In this document: piece by piece, positions 58,846 to 64,000 of the stretch
Layout of the letters: every line of letters starts with the position of its first letter
How positions within the stretch are numbered: position 1 is the stretch's first letter
Notes under the pieces: generated by a model
Seen by the model: the letters and a program-made list of their open reading frames with translations, nothing else
Told to the model about the DNA's origin: nothing
Databases searched by the model: none
Assembly: GCA_965224025.1 (NCBI GenBank)
Contig: OZ245033.1
Span: 320,001-384,000, forward strand
Source: Candidatus Multivorans sp.
GTDB lineage: Bacteria; Acidobacteriota; Thermoanaerobaculia; Multivoradales; Multivoraceae
DNA length: 64,000 nt
Direction: 5' to 3'
Position numbers and translations under genes: made by a program

Positions 58846-59724
58846 ATGACGATCGAGATCCGAGATCCACGCTTTCTGGACATCGTCGACGACGGCCTGG
58901 AGCTCGAGACCCTGGCCGACGGCTTTCGCTTCACCGAGGGACCGATCTGGCATCCACGAGAAAAGCACCTCATCTTCAGCGACATTCCGTCCAATCGAAC
59001 GCACCGCTGGAGCGAGAGTGAAGGGCTCTCCGTCCATCGCGAGCCGAGCGAGCGGAGCAACGGCAACACCTACGATCGCCAGGGAAGGATGCTCTCTTGC
59101 GAGCACGGCACCTCAAGCGTCACTCGGGAAGAGGCGGACGGCTCACGAAGCATCCTCGCCTCCCACTATCAGGGTAAGGAGCTCAACAGCCCCAACGACA
59201 TCGTGGTCCGAGAGAACGGAGACATCTTCTTCACCGACCCGACCTACGGCCGTCGGGCGAAGGGGGATCCCGAGCTCGACTTCCAAGGTGTGTACAAGAT
59301 CGACGGGGCAAATGGGGCCCTGACGCTACTGCGAAGCGACTTCGAGCAACCGAACGGGCTCGCCTTCACCGTCGATGATCACGAGCTCTACGTCGCCGAC
59401 TCGCCCCGCATACACATTCGAAAGTTCCAGGTCGCCGACGACGGCTCACTCTCCGGCGGCGAGGTCTTCGCTGAATCGACCGGTGAGGGTACCGGTGCGC
59501 CCGACGGTCTCAAGGTGGCCTCGACCGGGCACGTCTTCTGTGCCGGCCCCGGTGGCGTCCACGTCTACGATCCAGATGACGGCATCTGTCTCGGCGTCAT
59601 CCGCACCCCCGCCTTCTGCGCCAACTTCACCTGGGGCGGGGACGACTTTCTGACCTTCTTTATGACCTCCTCGCAGCATCTCTACCGTACGCGAGTGAAG
59701 GTGGCCGGCATCCCTCTGTTCTGA
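58846..59724 (+). CDS. SMP-30/gluconolactonase/LRE family protein
   Basis: FTEGPIW, FSDIP, SNGNT, LNSPND, FTDPTYG, PNGLAF, PDGL; AAGGAG RBS. Confidence 0.92.
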   Translation: MTIEIRDPRFLDIVDDGLELETLADGFRFTEGPIWHPREKHLIFSDIPSNRTHRWSESEGLSVHREPSERSNGNTYDRQGRMLSCEHGTSSVTREEADGSRSILASHYQGKELNSPNDIVVRENGDIFFTDPTYGRRAKGDPELDFQGVYKIDGANGALTLLRSDFEQPNGLAFTVDDHELYVADSPRIHIRKFQVADDGSLSGGEVFAESTGEGTGAPDGLKVASTGHVFCAGPGGVHVYDPDDGICLGVIRTPAFCANFTWGGDDFLTFFMTSSQHLYRTRVKVAGIPLF

Positions 59725-59941
59725 CCTGCGAGTGGGATCATGCGGGCTCGGCGAAGCACGTACTCCTCGGAGTATTTGATCCGCTAGCCTTTGCGTCCGG
59801 GGACCTTGAAAGCGTGGATATTCGTCGTTTCTGCGCCGATGGCGGAGCTGCGCCTGTGGAAGCCGAGTTGTACATGAAGTCGGCGGTCGAGGCTTGTCTA
59901 GTGGCGTCGCCGCCGTTGGGGACGATGGAACGGGACGGCCA

Positions 59942-60855
59942 TTACGGCGCGAAGCTCGAACGGCCGCTAATTCCCCACTTTTCGTTCTCTTTCGTCACCA
60001 GGTACAGGGTATTGAAGGTCGAGATCACTTCGCCGGCGGCGTTGTAGCGACTGAAGGTGAGCGCCACGTTGGCGGCGTTCTCGGCGACCTGGATGGCCTC
60101 GATCTCATCCCAGGCGCTGTGGTCCCAGCCGAAGCGCTCGGCGAAGGCGTCGAAGTCCATGTTGGCGACGAACTCTTCTTCGGTTTCGGTCACGACCACT
60201 TCGCCGCTCGCGAGGCGAAGGTGGGGGAAGTGGAGGGTCGATGCCCAGGCTTGCGGGTCGCGTGCGTTGAACGCCGTCATGTACTCCTCGACCTTGGCGA
60301 TGGCGATGGCGGCGTTCGATTCCTGGAGCTCCGCCTCGACCGGTGTACCGGCGTGGAAGCGAGCTTGGACGCCCCAGTGGCCGTCAACCTGGTAGCGACG
60401 TAGGTGACGAGGTTGCGGTGTGTCTTGTTGCCCTCCGCATCGACCCGGACCCAGCGACCGGCGATGTGCGCTTTGCTGTCGCCATGGTGGATCGTCCGCA
60501 GCTCTTCGACCTCGGTTCGCTCCCAGCCGGTGGCGATGACTCTCGCGTAGTCGACGCCGGCGACGTAGTCGTCTTGGGTCTGCCAGATCCGATGCGGGCG
60601 CAGGTCGTCAAACTTCCAGCTCGACGGACGGGTGTGAGGGTAATTGAGCGAGCTCGCATAGGCGTCGGGATCGCGGGCGTTCCAGGTCTCCATGAACTTC
60701 TCGGTGGCGCGCAGACCCGGGGAGTCAGACGCCGCTGGGGCGGCTTGCACGGGCGGCTCGAGCGCCGGGGGCGCGTCTGATGCGCAGCCGGCGGCGGTCA
60801 TTGCGATGGCGGTGAGGCAGAGGAATCTCTCCGTACGTTGAGTCTTGAGCTTCAT
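59942..60855 (-). pseudogene. Tandem NTF2/SnoaL-like domain lipoprotein split by a 1-nt frameshift near 60390
   Basis: AAGC lipobox. Domain 1 ends TYVAT and continues in another frame as VDGHWGVQARF…, which is in frame with ORF 59942-60280. The two domains are homologous (WNARDP/FNARDP, YPH/FPH, GW). Confidence 0.75.
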
Positions 60856-60999
60856 TCGTCTCTCCCGAGAGCAGAGCGCGTTCCGTTTGGGTGGGGTGGT
60901 CTGACCCATGGGTGAGTCGTCGGGCGGGTATGCCGCCCGCGGCAGGACGCACTCGCTTCACGGTCAGACCGTGCAGCTCTCCTTCTGAGGCTCCGCGGC

Positions 61000-62076
61000 T
61001 TACCTTCCGGAGTTCCCCAGCGCGTCCGCCTCGAGCACGCGAGCGCCGCGCAGGATGTTCCCCATGGAGTAGTTCCCCTCGTGGCAGGCGTACTCGAAGA
61101 CCCGGTCGGTCGTCGAACGCAACACATACTCGCCGGTCCAGGGCGCTGTCCACGATGAGGGATCGTCCACCGTGAAGCGGTAGAGCACGTCGCCGTCCTC
61201 GAGCTTGGTAAAGCGCTCGACAACGTGCATCTCCGTGGACCCGCCGCGGAAAAACGCTTCGGGATGGAAGTTCGTCGTGTCGACGACCAACGTGTCGCCC
61301 TCCCACCACCCGATCGAATCGCCGGCCCACTTCTTGATCTCTGACGGCAGATGCGCCACGGCGCGCCCCTCGGACTTCATTCGCACCACCCGGGCGTCGT
61401 GGACCATCTCGATCAGGATCATGACGTGGTCCTCGGTCTGGACGATGGTCTTGTAGTTGTTGTAGCCGCTCGGGAGCGTCGGCGTGGCGCCGGTGAACCC
61501 CACGATGCAACGCTCCTGGGCCAGCAGCGACTCCGGACCGTCGAAGGGTCCGGGCTCGTCGCTCTCGAGCCAGAATGCCGTGCCGTCGTTGTCGCCGCGC
61601 ACGATCTTGGCCTGGGTCGCCGCCGCACGCCTGGCCGCGCTCTCGGTCATCGGTGGAAAACGACCGTTCGGTGGATCGATCAGAATCGAGGTACGAAACC
61701 TGCCGTCCACCGCGAAGGCCTCGGTGCCCCGGTCGAGCCAGAAGAAGTTGTAGCCGCCGACATTGCCAGCACCGCCGTCCGATCCGTCGCCACCCTCGGG
61801 TGGCGCCTCGCGATCCGGATCGCTGGCCTGGGATGTCTCCTCGATTCGCGCAGCCATGTTGCCCTCGATCCGCGCGGCCTCCTCCTTGCTGAGATAGAGG
61901 TTGTCGCCGTAGCGTTCCGGGCGCTGGAGCGGGGTCACGGTCGCGGCGTTGTAGTTACCCGTGAGATCGGGACGGCCACTGGCCGTGCGCGGCACCCCGT
62001 CGCCGGCGGCGGCGATTCCGGGATTGAGGCCGAGCATGAGCGCGACGGGCAACAGGGATCGGATGACTCTCTTCAT
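61000..62076 (-). CDS. Secreted conserved hypothetical protein
   Basis: Signal peptide; PRTASGRPDLTG, GDSIGWWEGDTLVVDTTNF, VVERF, FEYACHEGNY. Confidence 0.8.
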   Translation of the reverse strand: MKRVIRSLLPVALMLGLNPGIAAAGDGVPRTASGRPDLTGNYNAATVTPLQRPERYGDNLYLSKEEAARIEGNMAARIEETSQASDPDREAPPEGGDGSDGGAGNVGGYNFFWLDRGTEAFAVDGRFRTSILIDPPNGRFPPMTESAARRAAATQAKIVRGDNDGTAFWLESDEPGPFDGPESLLAQERCIVGFTGATPTLPSGYNNYKTIVQTEDHVMILIEMVHDARVVRMKSEGRAVAHLPSEIKKWAGDSIGWWEGDTLVVDTTNFHPEAFFRGGSTEMHVVERFTKLEDGDVLYRFTVDDPSSWTAPWTGEYVLRSTTDRVFEYACHEGNYSMGNILRGARVLEADALGNSGR

Positions 62077-62223
62077 ACGCGCCCCACAAGCCTAACACCG
62101 GGGCCGACGTCACTCAGCCCGCCACCCCCTCCAAGAATTTGATTTCTCGCATGGTGTTTGAGAGAATCCGATCCGAACGGTGAACTAGACGCTGGAGAAC
62201 AGGCGTATCTGGAGGACAGGAAC

Positions 62224-64000
62224 GTGAAAGCAATCGCCCGCAAGTCACTCATTGGAATCTGCGCTATCGCCCTTTGCGCCTTGCCGCTATCGGCAGACGG
62301 TCCGCAGACAGGAACCATCGACGGAACCGTGACCGATGCCGAGGGCGACGGCCTGCCCGGCGTCACCGTCATCCTTACCGGACCTCAGAATACGAGGACC
62401 GAAATGACCGACGCCGAGGGCAAGTACCGCTTCGCCCTGCTCCAGGCTGGGGCCTACACGGTCAACGCAGCCCTCGAGGGCCTGGGCACGGCCGAGCGGG
62501 CAGTCGCCCTCGAAATGGGGCAGCGCCACGACGTCGCGCTCACTCTGCAGACAGCCACTTCCGAGACCATCACCGTCACCGCCGAGGCGGCACTGATCTC
62601 CAAGTACGACATCGGCGCCACCTCTGCGATCCAGGAGGAGGCACTCGAGAACGTCACCTTCGCCACGCGCAACTACAACACGAGCGTCCAAATGATGCCG
62701 GGCTTGGTAACCCGCAGAAAGCAGGACTATGCCCGCGTTTCAGTTAACGGAGGCATCAGCACCGAGCTCGGCGTCTTCATCGACGGCGTCGACGTCAGCA
62801 TGCCCCGTCGTGGCGGCGAGCTGCGCTTTCAGATCCCGTCGACCGCAATCACCAATACCCGGATGGAAACGTCGGGTTTCGCCCCCGAGTACGGCCGCGC
62901 GACCAGCGGTGTCATGAACTCGACGATCAAGACCGGCACCAACACCCTCCACGGCGATTTTCTCTATATCGGCCAGAACCCGAAGTGGCGGTCCGAGGAC
63001 TGGCTCGGGATCGAGCGTCCTGACGATCAGATCAGCAGCTTCGAGGCCGGCCTCGGTGGGCCGCTCTGGCGCGACAAGGCCTGGTTCTTCGCTTCCTACA
63101 ACCAACTGAATGACAACCGGCTCGACCGAACGCGGTCTGGCGAAACATTCAATGTCACTCGCACATCAGAACCGCTCATCGGCAAGGTGAACTTCCAGCC
63201 CGGGAGCCGCCATCAGGTCGCGCTGACGTTGATCGACTCGCCGTCCTCAGCGATCGGTGCCGCGGCAGTCGGCGACCAGTACGCCGTCATGACCTTTCCG
63301 ATCAACAACAGGCTCCAGACCGGGACCTGGAGCTACGCCATGACCAGCTCCGCGTTCCTCGAAGCCAAGCTGGCCAACCGCGAAGAGTTTGTGGGACGCG
63401 TTGCTGCCCCCCCCGCCCCGATCATGCCCGACGTGTCTTTTGACGATCCCAACGGCAACGACTTCCGCTACCAAGATCTCAACGACGGTTTGCGATACAA
63501 CGGTCCCTCGATACGCCTGGGCGCCGGGTTCAACGACTATCCCCGCGATCAGGCGAATGTCTCGGTGACCCTGTTCCAGGGAAATCACGAGCTCAAGGGC
63601 GGCGTCGACTTCCAGGACGTCACTTTCGAAAACCTGACCAGCATCGGGACCGAGTATCGCGGCCGCGGTTTCTGCCGAGAGTGCACCGGAGGCTTCCTCA
63701 CGCCATCCACCAAGCGGGTCTTCGAGCTCGGCCCGCCGATCTCGATGAATACCCTTATGAGTGCAGCCTATGTCCAGGACCGGTTCGAGGTCGGTGACAA
63801 GCTGACCTTCAACGTGGGGCTGCGCTACGACGAACAGTCGATCGACAACGACCGCAACGAGCGAGTCAACGAGTACAGCGTGTGGGCGCCGCGCGCAACC
63901 GTGGTCTACGACATCAACGCCGACGGCACGCTGCTGGTGCGCGGCAGCTTGGGGCGCTACTACCACAACGTCGGCCTCGGTGTCGTCTTCACGGAATTCA
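62224..64000 (+). CDS. TonB-dependent receptor, Oar-like, 3' end outside the window (absent from the ORF track)
   Basis: GTG after GGAGG; MKAIARKSLIGICAIALCALPLSA-DGPQTGTIDGTV…PEYGRATSGVMNSTIKTGTN; paralog of 21945-24662. Confidence 0.88.
   Translation, partial: MKAIARKSLIGICAIALCALPLSADGPQTGTIDGTVTDAEGDGLPGVTVILTGPQNTRTEMTDAEGKYRFALLQAGAYTVNAALEGLGTAERAVALEMGQRHDVALTLQTATSETITVTAEAALISKYDIGATSAIQEEALENVTFATRNYNTSVQMMPGLVTRRKQDYARVSVNGGISTELGVFIDGVDVSMPRRGGELRFQIPSTAITNTRMETSGFAPEYGRATSGVMNSTIKTGTNTLHGDFLYIGQNPKWRSEDWLGIERPDDQISSFEAGLGGPLWRDKAWFFASYNQLNDNRLDRTRSGETFNVTRTSEPLIGKVNFQPGSRHQVALTLIDSPSSAIGAAAVGDQYAVMTFPINNRLQTGTWSYAMTSSAFLEAKLANREEFVGRVAAPPAPIMPDVSFDDPNGNDFRYQDLNDGLRYNGPSIRLGAGFNDYPRDQANVSVTLFQGNHELKGGVDFQDVTFENLTSIGTEYRGRGFCRECTGGFLTPSTKRVFELGPPISMNTLMSAAYVQDRFEVGDKLTFNVGLRYDEQSIDNDRNERVNEYSVWAPRATVVYDINADGTLLVRGSLGRYYHNVGLGVVFTEF

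Noticed and set aside
59727-59736. TGCGAGTGGG, identical to part of the ISL3 left inverted repeat
   Set aside because: Only 10 nt and without the terminal GGCTCTT-like part, so it is not enough to call a composite transposon.

Overview
GC-rich bacterial chromosomal window. The gene repertoire (Oar-like TonB-dependent receptors, DUF5916, wHTH-TolB-TPR regulator, many secreted hypotheticals) suggests an Acidobacteriota-like host; that is an inference. From left to right: (1) secreted or envelope proteins, including three paralogous FG-GAP/VCBS-repeat genes with a TetR gene and duplicated tandem palindromic operators; (2) a ~33 kb lipid/steroid-type catabolic region (three acyl-CoA ligases, acyl-CoA dehydrogenase, crotonase, three MaoC proteins, SDR, KAS-III/HMGS-like-DUF35 fusion plus thiolase, two sulfatases, MFS, TonB receptor) interleaved with four large DUF3604/PHP-like metallohydrolases; (3) an iodothyronine-deiodinase-like selenoprotein that the ORF track splits at an in-frame TGA followed by a SECIS-like hairpin; (4) an IS110 element whose left non-coding end carries two 7-nt segments identical to its own target flank and right end (bridge-RNA-like), inserted into a host repeat family; (5) a 68-69 bp two-hairpin element nested at two different positions inside REP-like repeats; (6) a defence-like islet (DUF4145, Fic, type III Res, and a Mod gene truncated by ISL3); (7) a frameshifted tandem NTF2-like lipoprotein and a TonB receptor running off the right edge. 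No rRNA, tRNA or CRISPR array was recognised. Family names come from motif recognition by eye; no database searches were run.
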